Origin: Octopus bimaculoides
Taxonomy: Eukaryota
Reading direction: 5' to 3'
NCBI RefSeq assembly: GCF_001194135.2
Contig: NC_068994.1
Location: forward strand, 3,786,665-3,819,680
DNA length: 33,016 nt
Positions 1 to 9,179 of the stretch are shown here, piece by piece. The position numbers and the translations under genes were made by a program. Every line of letters begins with the position of its first letter. The first letter of the stretch is position 1. The notes below the pieces were generated by a model. That model saw only the letters and a list, made by a program, of their open reading frames with translations. It ran no database searches and was not told the origin of the DNA.

Positions 1-175
1 ATATACGACATGCTTCTTTCAGTTTCCATCTACCACATCCACTCAGAAGGCTTTGGTCGGCCCGAGGCTATAGTAGAAGACACTTGCTCAAGGTACCACA
101 AAGTGGGAATGAACTCAGAATCACGTGGTTGGGGTTGGGAAGCAAGCTACTTACTACACAGCCACTCCTGCACCT
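1..175 (-). mobile_element. tRNA-derived SINE, family A, 5' module (cut by window start)
   Basis: Reverse complement: GGAGTGGCTGTGTAGTAAG (A box), GAGTTCATTCCCAC (B box), CCTTGAGCAAGTGTCTTCTACTATAGCCTCGGGCC...GGAAACTGAAAGAAGC. Aligns with the + copy at 24528. Confidence 0.88.
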
Positions 176-231
176 ACACATATTTCTATATATTCATATA
201 CATACAAAAAACAATGGACTTTAGATAGCTT

Positions 232-378
232 CTATCAAGCAAATCCACTCACAAGATTTTGGTTGGCCTGGGGCTACAGAAGGGCACTTTAAAATCTTAT
301 GGTACCACATAATGTAACTGAACCTGAAACCATGTGGCTACAAAGGGAACTTCTTAACTACCCACCTATGCCTGCACC
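232..378 (-). mobile_element. Diverged SINE family A 5' module
   Basis: aatccactcacaag...ggcctggggcta...ggtaccaca...gaacc...catgtgg parallels copy 1..175 with many substitutions. Confidence 0.7.
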
Positions 379-394
379 ACATCATTACTATCAC

Positions 395-396
<2 letters not shown>

Positions 397-428
<32 letters not shown>

Positions 429-429
429 G
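397..429. repeat. (ATT)n microsatellite
   Basis: Direct reading. Confidence 0.95.
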
Positions 430-858
430 AGTGAGAGAGCAGCCCATTATACCCATCATGACTACCCGTCTGATAAGGGTACACCAGGCACATGCATCAC
501 AACCATATGTGCATAACAAGGTGATTTTATATCAAGATAAACAGCGCATGACCTTACAGGTGGGGTCCAGTTAGAATTTTCTTCGGGTTCAGTACCCCAT
601 CCCACTCAAACGGTCCTTCAATAAGGGCTGTTTAAGGATGTTGAAAGAAACACCTATATTTCCAGAGGTGAATTATTCAAACCCCAAAGAATTCCTCTCA
701 ACACATGGCTATTATGTTCCCCCACTACTTCTGCTCATGATCAGAGATGCACATATCGTCATCCACTAAGGGACATGCTCAACTGGTTAAGGTCAAACAA
801 CTGACAAGCAAATCTGTGGTATCAAGCAGAATATTTGCTGTAGCCCATCTTTTTATTA
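428..858. repeat. Interspersed repeat, family unassigned
   Basis: Complex about 430-nt stretch between two (ATT)n tracts that I recall as a high-copy octopus repeat. Single copy in this window, so not verifiable internally. Confidence 0.5.
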
Positions 859-1076
859 TTATCATTATTAGTAATATTATTATTATTATTATTACTACTA
901 CTGCTACTACTTCTACAGTTATGACTACTAGTTATACTGCTGCTGTGAGTGTCCTTGTGTTGGTGTAGATTGATGGTGATGTGGTGGATTGGATGGTTTG
1001 CCAGAGTGTCTGAATTTCAGTTGTATGGTTGCACAAGTGACAACAGTTCAAATCCTGACAAATCAAACTTGGTCTT

Positions 1077-1168
1077 TATATATATATATATATATATATA
1101 TGTACATATACATAAATATATATATTTATTTTTGCATACATAAATATATATATATATATATATATATA
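1077..1168. repeat. Interrupted (TA)n microsatellite
   Basis: Direct reading. Confidence 0.95.
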
Positions 1169-1346
1169 TGGAGAGCGAGAATATCACTGAGGAGTGGGGA
1201 GAGGAGATGGATGTTGCAGGTGGGGAGAAGAGGTTGATGGTAGAGTGGAGAGAGGATGGGGTTGGTTGGCATTGATTAAATATATACCAGTAATATACTG
1301 GTTGTCACTATACAGAACTGCCCTCGTTCTTCGAGACAGAAATTTG

Positions 1347-1366
1347 CATCATCATCATCACCGTCA

Positions 1367-1397
<31 letters not shown>

Positions 1398-1607
1398 CAT
1401 CAACATTAACAACATTGTCATCATCACAATCATTATTATTATTATTACTATTATTATTATGCTTGCTGTTGTGTTGTGAAGATCATCATCATCATCATCA
1501 TCACTATGATTAACATTATTATTACTGTGATTATTATTAATATTATTATTATTTATAATAGTAATCTCATTGTTGTTGGCTTTGTGCCACACTAAGGAAT
1601 CATCGTC

Positions 1608-1639
<32 letters not shown>

Positions 1640-1650
1640 CATCATCATCG
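1347..1650. repeat. Compound (CAT)n/(ATT)n trinucleotide block
   Basis: Direct reading; source of the spurious poly-H/D/N/M ORFs. Confidence 0.93.
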
Positions 1651-1669
1651 TTTTTCAATTTTTTTTCCC

Positions 1670-1675
1670 TTTATT
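1670..1675 (-). promoter_or_regulatory. Candidate poly(A) signal AATAAA for the ZNF gene
   Basis: TTTATT on + at 1670-1675, about 600 nt past the stop, just before the trinucleotide block. The hexamer is common in AT-rich DNA. Confidence 0.25.
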
Positions 1676-2064
1676 TGCAGTTTTTGTAAAAATTCTTGTT
1701 TTCTTTCCTAGTTCATGTTCCTGTGTCTGTCAGTCACCCCACCTCACCCACCACCACCTCCACCACACCCCACACTGCACCCACCACCCCCACACCCGTG
1801 TGTCACCATAAACTGTCCATACTCCAGCATCAGCAGTCGTAACTAATCGATGCACGACCCTACACTGTACCTGCGGTGTGCTGCTGTTGTTGTTGTTATT
1901 GTTTAACCCAAGGTGACCCTGGATCCAGCAAAACTATGATCAGAAACCTTTCAACCACAACACTCTTTGTCATTTCTTTTTTTAACAGTCTATCTAGGAC
2001 TACATCAGTCAATATGTCCTTCCTTCCTCTGCTTTTTTTTTTGTTGTTTTCTTTTTATAAAATG

Positions 2065-2120
2065 AGTGTGATTTGAGGGAAGGATCTACTGCTATTTTTA
2101 GCAGGTTGAGTCACCACACT
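2065..2120 (-). repeat. Fragment of dispersed hairpin repeat (family D) in the presumed 3' UTR
   Basis: Reverse complement tggtgactcaacCTGCTAaaaaTAGCAGtagatccttccctcaaat matches the copies at 20.6-21.4 kb. Confidence 0.65.
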
Positions 2121-2266
2121 GAGGTACTTTCATTTGCCCAAAGGTGGTGAGTTGTGGGGCAGCATGGGATGTTGTGTCATGGGACACAGTGTAATGTAGT
2201 GTTGTGTCATGGTGTGTCAGGGTGTGACATTGGCTGTTTACAGGGTTGTCCCAGCCCCATGTCACA

Positions 2267-4633
2267 TTAGTGATTATACCCAGAGAGGAGATTTAGGGCA
2301 CTGTAAAGCACCTCCCCCGTGCTCGTGTGTTTGCACTTCTTCAGGGTAGTTTTCTGGGAGAGGACCTTCTTACAGATGTCGTAGGTCAACATCTTCATGT
2401 CGGTGGGAAGGATTGCTTCCTGTTTCTTAGGGAACAGGTTGTCTGATGACTGGAAACCGAATTCTTTCTTGCAGACGTCGGCGCCGAACCCCATCAGCCC
2501 TCCCCCTCCGTCTGTCACTCCACACATCGACGGCAACGATGACGACAACGATGACGACAGCAGCGGCGTCGAGAGCGACGTGGAGGGCGAGACTAGCTGC
2601 AACGACGTCAGCGAGTTCTGCGTGAGGTTATGCAAGTGATGCTTGTGGTGGTGGTGGTGGTGATGGTGGTGGTGATGATGATGCTGTCCCGAGCTGTGGT
2701 TACTGCATTGATGATGATGATTGTGATGGAGGTGATGATTGTGGCTGTTGTTGTTGTTGTTGTTGTTACTGTTCAGGTGGTGATTGTGGTGTGGTTGCTC
2801 CTGACAACTGGGGCAACTACAGCTGTTACTAGCACAGCTGTTGCTTGTACAACTGCTGTTGCTGCTGCAGCTGTTGCTGGTGCAACTGTTGTTGCTGCTG
2901 CTGCAGCTGTTGCTGGCGCAGCTGTTGCTGCTGGTACAGCTCGTGCTGCTGCAGTTGCCACTGCTGTTGCTGCAGTCGCATCTGCTACTGCACTCTGCTA
3001 TTCCATCATTGCTGTCCTCCTCAACTTTAATCCCTAACTGCACACCACGACACCTCTCACACACACCACAACTGCAAGTGCAACTGGATGCACTGCAGCA
3101 TCGGTTATACATCGAAACGGGAGAGTTGGTGGTGTTGTTGTTGTTGTTGTGGAGATGTTCGGAATCATTCATGTGCGATCGTCCATCACTGCAACTGTCA
3201 TTACTATTGCTGCTGTTGCTTATGTTACTATGATGACTGTGAGCGCCACCGTTATGTGTGCGCTCGTGGTTGTTCAGGTGTGATCGCTGTGCAAACGCCT
3301 TTGAACACAAGCTGCACTTGTAGGGTGCCTCCCCTGTGTGCGTTCTTTGGTGGTTCTTCAAGTGTCCACGTTGGGTAAATGATTTTGAACACCTCAAACA
3401 CGTAAATGGCTTCTCCCCGGTATGGATACGTTCGTGGTTGTTTAAGTGGTCCCTCTGAGCAAATGCTTTCGTACAGTATCGGCAACGGTAAGGTTTCTCG
3501 CCCGTATGTGTCCTCGCATGATTCTGAAGGTGCACCTTCTGTGCAAAATGCTTCGGACACACAGGGCAAAGGAATGGCTTCTCTCCAGTGTGTGTTCGCT
3601 CGTGTATGACTAGGTGTGCACGGTGTGAGAAGAGCTTGCCACAATGAAGACACGAGTGCTGTTTGCCGTTCCAGTGCGCACGCTCGTGGTTACGCAGATT
3701 GGCACGTCGCGAGAATGCTTTACGGCAGAGATGGCACTTGAAGGCTTTCGAGTCTGTCCTTTCGGTTTTCACGACTGTCTGACCACCACCACCACCACCA
3801 CCACCAATACTATCACTGCTACTCACACTACCACTCATCCAGCCCATTGCTATTCTCTCTTTTAAATCACAACCTATCCAGCTGTTAGTGATATTATTGT
3901 TACAGTTCAGGTGATTGTTGTTGTTTAAGTGGTTATCCTTGTCCAACCAGCTCTCCCTGACTGCACCGAGGCCATTCAGGCTGGCCTCATCACACAACGA
4001 ATCCTCATTGATATTATTACCAACGTTCAGAAAACAGCTTCTGTCCTTACTGTCGTCTGGGCCTAAACCCATACCATCGACACAGTCACTAGAAATAGTG
4101 GTAGTAGTAGTAGTAGTAGTAGAAGTAGTAGAAATAGAAGAAGTAATAGTAGTAGTAGTAGTAATAGCAGAACTATTTGTAGTAGCTGCAGTTGTAGTTG
4201 TAACATTAGCAGTGGTGGTGGTGGTAGAGCTGACAGCAATGTGGTTAACATGATTGACATTATTGTTGTTGTTGTTGTTGTGGTGGTGGTGGTGGTGGCT
4301 GTTGTTGTTGATGTTGTTGTTGCCGGCACTGTTGCTGCTTTTGCTCGGCTTCTCATTATGATGGCTGTCGTTGGTAACGAGGCTTTTACCAGTGAGGCTA
4401 TGGTTGATCGTGTAGCTATCATTCGCGATGGGAAACACCGATTTTTCTTCCTTCGGTTTCACGGCGCCGCTGCTGCCACCGCTGCAGTAGTTGCTCGTTT
4501 GCTGCAGCTGCTGGTGGTAAAGTTCATTCTGGGGGAAGACAGGCTGATCACATATCAAACGGCTGCTATCAATGCTGAATTCCAGGTTGAAGTCATTTCC
4601 CATGTTACCATACAGGGAATGCACAGAAAACAT
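2267..4633 (-). CDS. C2H2 zinc-finger transcription factor, 788 aa, six tandem fingers, single coding exon as read
   Basis: Uninterrupted ORF. ATG at 4633 in an ACC-ATG context, in-frame TGA upstream at 4676-4678, TAA at 2267-2269. Six C-x2-C-x3-F-x5-L-x2-H-x3-H fingers (3254..3742) joined by WNGKQ, TGEKP x3 and TGEAP linkers. Flanks are N/H/T/S/G-rich low complexity. No specific orthologue recognised. Confidence 0.93.
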   Translation of the reverse strand: MFSVHSLYGNMGNDFNLEFSIDSSRLICDQPVFPQNELYHQQLQQTSNYCSGGSSGAVKPKEEKSVFPIANDSYTINHSLTGKSLVTNDSHHNEKPSKSSNSAGNNNINNNSHHHHHHNNNNNNNVNHVNHIAVSSTTTTTANVTTTTAATTNSSAITTTTTITSSISTTSTTTTTTTTISSDCVDGMGLGPDDSKDRSCFLNVGNNINEDSLCDEASLNGLGAVRESWLDKDNHLNNNNHLNCNNNITNSWIGCDLKERIAMGWMSGSVSSSDSIGGGGGGGGQTVVKTERTDSKAFKCHLCRKAFSRRANLRNHERAHWNGKQHSCLHCGKLFSHRAHLVIHERTHTGEKPFLCPVCPKHFAQKVHLQNHARTHTGEKPYRCRYCTKAFAQRDHLNNHERIHTGEKPFTCLRCSKSFTQRGHLKNHQRTHTGEAPYKCSLCSKAFAQRSHLNNHERTHNGGAHSHHSNISNSSNSNDSCSDGRSHMNDSEHLHNNNNNTTNSPVSMYNRCCSASSCTCSCGVCERCRGVQLGIKVEEDSNDGIAECSSRCDCSNSSGNCSSTSCTSSNSCASNSCSSSNNSCTSNSCSSNSSCTSNSCASNSCSCPSCQEQPHHNHHLNSNNNNNNNSHNHHLHHNHHHQCSNHSSGQHHHHHHHHHHHHHKHHLHNLTQNSLTSLQLVSPSTSLSTPLLSSSLSSSLPSMCGVTDGGGGLMGFGADVCKKEFGFQSSDNLFPKKQEAILPTDMKMLTYDICKKVLSQKTTLKKCKHTSTGEVLYSALNLLSGYNH
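3254..3742 (-). other. C2H2 finger array (6 fingers, 163 aa) within the CDS
   Basis: FKCHLCRKAFSRRANLRNHERAH / HSCLHCGKLFSHRAHLVIHERTH / FLCPVCPKHFAQKVHLQNHARTH / YRCRYCTKAFAQRDHLNNHERIH / FTCLRCSKSFTQRGHLKNHQRTH / YKCSLCSKAFAQRSHLNNHERTH; all Zn ligands intact. Confidence 0.97.
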
Positions 4634-4880
4634 GGTAATGCCGATGTCAAATGATCCTTCACCAAATGGCCTTCTTCAAACAGCGTTTCTTCGTTATTCG
4701 TTCATTTGTTTGTTTCCTTAATTGACTATTTTTTTCATATAATAATTTCTATGTCTTCACATTTAATTACGTTTCTGTTTTTTCAAAACTGTTCTTCTTT
4801 GTTTTTTTTTTCTCTTCTCTCTCGCTCTCTCTCTATTTTTTCTCTTTCTTTTCTCAGCACAACCAAAGAATTATGATATA

Positions 4881-4900
4881 CTGAAAATATAATTCCAAAG
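4881..4900 (-). other. Candidate 3' splice acceptor upstream of the coding exon (exon would start at 4880)
   Basis: Minus strand reads ctttggaattatattttcag|tatatc: pyrimidine-rich tract plus CAG about 250 nt before the ATG. No transcript evidence. Confidence 0.3.
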
Positions 4901-5600
4901 AATTTCTTTAACAAAGTCACATTCCATAAAATGTAAGAATGGTCTTAAAATCATTTTTGTTTCTTTCCAAATATATATATATATATATATAAATATATAT
5001 ACATACACGCACATGCATGTATATATATATATATATATATGTAATAGGTATGTATGTATATATGTAACTACAACAAAAATAAGCCTTTCTCACATGGGTT
5101 TACTCCATTGTCACTCAATTTCTCCAGTTTTAAAATATCTTTTTGTAATTTTCTTAAAAGTTATTCCAGAAACTTCTACTGAAGAATAGATATTTCTTGT
5201 GAATATCTTAAATATTTTCTGTTATTAATTTTGTAGATTTCAAAAAAATAACGCAAAAAAAAAACAAAAACTATCAAACCGGTTTGGACCAGTCAGTTCC
5301 AGTCAGAACACACCTGACATGTTTCACAAATATCTTATTTCTCTGTTGACATTTCGTCCGTTACAAACCAAACTTCTACAATTCCTCAGTAGACTCACAG
5401 TGCTGTATTTTGAAATGGCAGCAAATCTCACCAGTGGGTACATGCGCATCTGGCAGCTGTTGGTATGCACTCAATCAGACTTCAAGGTTGTTTAAAGAAG
5501 AAAGATTAGTAAGATAATTCTTCAGGTCTTCAAAATACTAAGTCTTTTGGCTTGCCATTCTTCCTAATTACTAGGTCTCCATATAAATACGTATATTTAT

Positions 5601-5636
<36 letters not shown>

Positions 5637-5760
5637 CTGTAGAGAAATTTAAGGTTTGTCTTCTGTATTTTTGGTAAAAGCCTCCTAAATTCAATTGGAT
5701 TACAAAAATATGCTTCTTTTAAACTAATGTCATTATTACTTTTTTTTTCTTTTCTTGGAT

Positions 5761-5872
5761 TAGCCAATCAAAAGTTATATATATATGTTGTTATGACCAG
5801 CCAATCAAATGCTATGGTATACTGGAATTAGCCAATCAAATGTTGCATTGTACTGTGACTAGCCAATCAAAT
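5761..5872. promoter_or_regulatory. Array of four CCAAT boxes (AGCCAATCAAA), candidate NF-Y promoter element of the ZNF gene
   Basis: CCAAT cores at 5764, 5801, 5832, 5863 (spacing 37, 31, 31), all in the extended AGCCAATCA context, about 1.1-1.2 kb upstream of the ATG. Function inferred from motif only. Confidence 0.55.
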
Positions 5873-6164
5873 GCAATATTCCAGCATTCTGCTCGGAGAG
5901 ATACATTTTGTTATTTTGTCTTGTTTTCTAATCTTCCTGGGACAGTTTTCTCCTCCTCCAACTTGAAATATTTTTGAATTTCTTCAGATCCTCCTGGAAT
6001 GAATAGAAGAAAAATTAGTCAAAAAGTGTCAAATACCAAACTGCACATTTCAAAATGCACACACACACACACAGAGGTTTATATGAACATACATGTTTAT
6101 ACACACACAAACACAGATTGATTTTCCATTTGTCATTCTGTTTACATTATTTCTCAAAATATTG

Positions 6165-6378
6165 ATTTCAAATTTTGGCATAAGGCCAGTAATACTGAGA
6201 GGAGGGGTAAGTTAATTCGATCAACCCCAGTGTACAACTGGTACTTATTTTATGAACCCTGAAAGGATGAAACACAAAGTCAACCTTGATGGAATTTGAA
6301 CTCAGAACATAAAGATGGATAAAATACTGCCAAGAATTTTGCCTGGTGTGCTTCATGATTTTACCAGTTCAAAGCCTT
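6165..6378 (-). mobile_element. tRNA-derived SINE, family B, near full length
   Basis: Reverse complement has B box GAGTTCAAATTCC, central TTTCATCCTTTCAGGGTTCATAAAATAAGTACCAG and 3' GGCCTTATGCCAAAATTTTGAA. Related copies at 23172 and 29860. Confidence 0.82.
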
Positions 6379-6732
6379 ATATTATATCTCATAATATTAA
6401 TTACTTGTTGATTACTTGGTCAGAATGCCATATATAGAATACCTCTCCCTTCTCCTCTCATTGTCTGCTGTTGTTACTACATTCCCTCCTATACAATTAT
6501 TTCTAATAATTCACCTTCTCTACCTTCAGTTCATAGTATTACAGTATTGCTACCTCTCTATCTCTGATTTCAGTTACTACAACTTCAATTTTCTATGTCA
6601 AAAGCTTTTAAATTTTACTGTAGTGTATAATATTATTTTGCCCACGACTTGAATGTGGCCAATGCCAGAGAAGCTTAAAGATCTATTGAACAGTGATAGA
6701 TTTCAGAAAAGTACAAAAACATTGATGGAAAA

Positions 6733-6736
<4 letters not shown>

Positions 6737-6801
<65 letters not shown>

Positions 6802-6992
6802 TCCCCCAACATCACTTGACAACTGATGCTGGTGTGTTTACGTCCCCGTAACTTAGCGGTTCGGCAAAAGAGACCGATAGAATAAGTACTAGGCTTACAA
6901 AGAATAAGTCCTGGGATTGATTTGCTCAACTAAAGGCGGTGCTCCAGCATGGCCGCAGTCAAAAGACTGAAACAAGAAAAAGAGTAAAAGAG
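6737..6992 (+). mobile_element. SINE family A 3' module beginning at a (TG)n run
   Basis: (TG)about 30 then TTTGTCCCCCAACATC...GGCGGTGCTCCAGCATGGCCGCAGTC...AAAAGAGTAAAAGAG. Matches 24726-24900; no tRNA head upstream. Confidence 0.88.
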
Positions 6993-6993
6993 G

Positions 6994-8105
6994 GTAACTG
7001 TTACAACAGTAAAGGAGACACCTTAGAGAGAATTAATTTCAGAGATATCAAGTTGCAGGACCAGGTCTTGAAAGTTGCAGGAACAATTAATGCCCAACTA
7101 ATTAGGAAGAGAGCTAACCTAGGTAAGATGCAGTTTGGTTTTCATGCCAGGGAGAAGCATTTAACCAAAAATAAAATGCTGCACTTGGCATTTGTTGACA
7201 TGGAGAAAGCCTTTGATAGGTTCCCTTGCTCTGCCATCTTGGAAACATCTGAGGAAACTAAGGGTAGACAAAGGGTTTGTGAGAGTTGTTCAAGCTACAT
7301 ACAGTGATGTTGCCAGTCAGGTGAGTGTTAGCGACAAGTACTGTCAGAAATTCATTGTGTAGGTAGAGGTCCACCAGGGTTTGGTTCTTAGTTCTTTTAG
7401 TCCTCCAGACCATAATAAAGGAGTTTAAAACTGGATAACCATAGGAACTGGTACATGCTGATTACTTTGTTCATATAGCTGAACCTGGAGCAGAATTAGA
7501 AAAGAATGTCCCAGGGGTTCCAGGTGTGGGAGCAAAACCTGGAATCGAAGGGCTTCAAAGTTGATTCAACAAAAAATTGAAGTATTATTATCAGGGAGAC
7601 GTTTGTGTTTGAGAAATGGAAAAGTAGTTCTGTACAATGTATGAAGTGCAAGCTTTGGAAATCCAAGAAATGCAATGGAATAGCAGGAAGATCAACTGAG
7701 AAAGTGGATTTCGTACTTGGTTGATGCTTAGAAGCAATAAACGCTAAGGACGCATGGGCAATAGATACCCTTGAATGCCTAGAAAGCGCTTTCTAAGAGA
7801 TAGTGTCAGTTACCTCCATAGTCTAATTGGCAAACAGGGTGGATGCTTTGTAAGTATAGGGGACAAAGTATGAACAGGGTGCAATAAACTGTTGCTAACA
7901 AAAGGCCTCTCTCTTAGATTGAAAAGTAGACTGTATGATGCTTGTGTAGAAACTGAAATGATAGATGGAAGTGAGACATGAGTCCTAAGTGTAGAGGAAT
8001 TACAAAGACTAGAAAGAAATAAAGCTAATGTGCTCCATTGGATGTGCAATGTCAGTGTGCATGAATGACAAAGTGCAAATGTGTTGTGTTAACAACAAAC
8101 AAGAC
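6994..8105 (+). mobile_element. Degenerate RTE-clade non-LTR retrotransposon, reverse-transcriptase fragment
   Basis: Translated pieces: KGDTLERINFRDIKLQDQVLK, MQFGF, LHLAFVDMEKAFDR, VHQGLVLS, ELVHADYFV (decayed YADD), NLESKGFKV, KGLSLRLKSRLYDACV..GSETW..LERNKANVLHWMCNVSV. Multiple stops, frameshifts and deletions. Confidence 0.92.
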
Positions 8106-8179
8106 GAGGACAAATATCCGTCAAATGTAAAGAATGTAAATAATTCCTCATCTCTGAAATACAGAACTGCAGAATTAAC

Positions 8180-8214
8180 AGTGGTAGTAGTAGTAGTGAT
8201 GATAATGATGATGT

Positions 8215-8248
<34 letters not shown>

Positions 8249-8330
8249 GGAGGAGGAGGTAGTGGTGGTGGTGGTGGTAGTGGTGATAATGGTGGTGGTG
8301 GTAGTGATAATGATGATGATGATGATATAC
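8180..8330. repeat. Compound (TAG)/(GAT)/(GGT) microsatellite
   Basis: Direct reading. Confidence 0.92.
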
Positions 8331-8331
8331 A

Positions 8332-8388
8332 ATCATCATTATTTCAACATCTACTTTTCCATACTTGCATGGATCAGACAACATTTGT
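8332..8388 (-). mobile_element. Short RTE-type 3' tail remnant
   Basis: atcatcattatttcaacatctacttttccatacttgcatggatcagac resembles the start of 11379-11595. Confidence 0.5.
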
Positions 8389-8489
8389 TGAGGTAGATTC
8401 TCACCTGTTCAAAAGGTAATATTTTATCCTTGTCTTGACATATTTTCACAGATGATTGCAAATAAATAACACCACACACACACACACAT

Positions 8490-8640
8490 AACAAGCTTCC
8501 ACACAGTTTTCTTTTGCTAAATCCCCTCACAAGACCTTAGCTGACATTTGTTAACCCAGGGCCAGAGCATAAGGCACTTACCCAAGGTGGTGTACAGTTA
8601 AACTGAACCCCAAACCCCAGGGTTGCAAAGCAAATTCCTC
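8490..8640 (-). mobile_element. Highly diverged SINE family A 5' module
   Basis: aaatcccctcacaagacc...ggcacttacccaaggt...actgaaccc...gcaaagcaaatt; preceded on + by a (CA)n run. Confidence 0.6.
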
Positions 8641-8924
8641 CCCCCCACACACACACACTTTCAGCATTTACCAATGGCTTGCTACTTTCACTTTCCCTGG
8701 CAGATATGGGGAGACAACTGTGTTAGTTACTTAAGGAGCATTATGCTGGAAAGAAAGAGGCAACAGCATTGGCCTCACACTCATTGATAATATCTCAAAA
8801 GTACCCAAGAGAGTTTTACAAAAGTTAGGTCAATACAGGGTTATTTTAAACATGATGCAGTATGGATGCTCCATTTTGTGACCATCCCATCTTATTGTGT
8901 ATTGTAAGTCAATACCTCCCTACT

Positions 8925-9005
8925 TTTTTTTTAAGATGGTAGAGTGGAAGTTGAGGAAATTTAGTTGATATTTCTAGTAAGTTAAGTAAATGTGCAGGGG
9001 CTCCT
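8925..9005 (-). repeat. Diverged family D repeat copy
   Basis: ttttttaagatggtagagtgg..ttgaggaaatttagttgatatttctagtaag; decayed hairpin motif in reverse. Confidence 0.5.
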
Positions 9006-9179
9006 TCATTGATACAAGATGCAGTTTATTTTTGTGCCAAGGTGTTGTTCCATAGATTTTTTGTGTAAATGTTGTTCCATAGATTGACTAGGTGTTGTAC
9101 TATAAATTTTGTGTCTTCGTGTTGTACCATAGATAATGTGATTGGGTGTTATGTGATGGGTTAAGAAGTGCATGACAGA

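Noticed and set aside
2397-4654. Plus-strand and alternate-frame ORFs overlapping the ZNF gene (e.g. 2630..3037, 2841..3233, 4241..4654)
   Set aside because: Poly-V/A/L/C products are the reverse complement or shifted frames of coding trinucleotide repeats; no domain content.
4801-4857. Strong-looking plus-strand splice acceptor (polypyrimidine tract + CAG)
   Set aside because: Antisense to the gene and explained by a (CT)n/T-rich tract; no downstream plus-strand exon evident.
6737-8105. SINE-RTE chimera made by template switching
   Set aside because: The RTE piece lacks its own 3' end and is far more decayed than the SINE, so later SINE insertion next to an old LINE is simpler.
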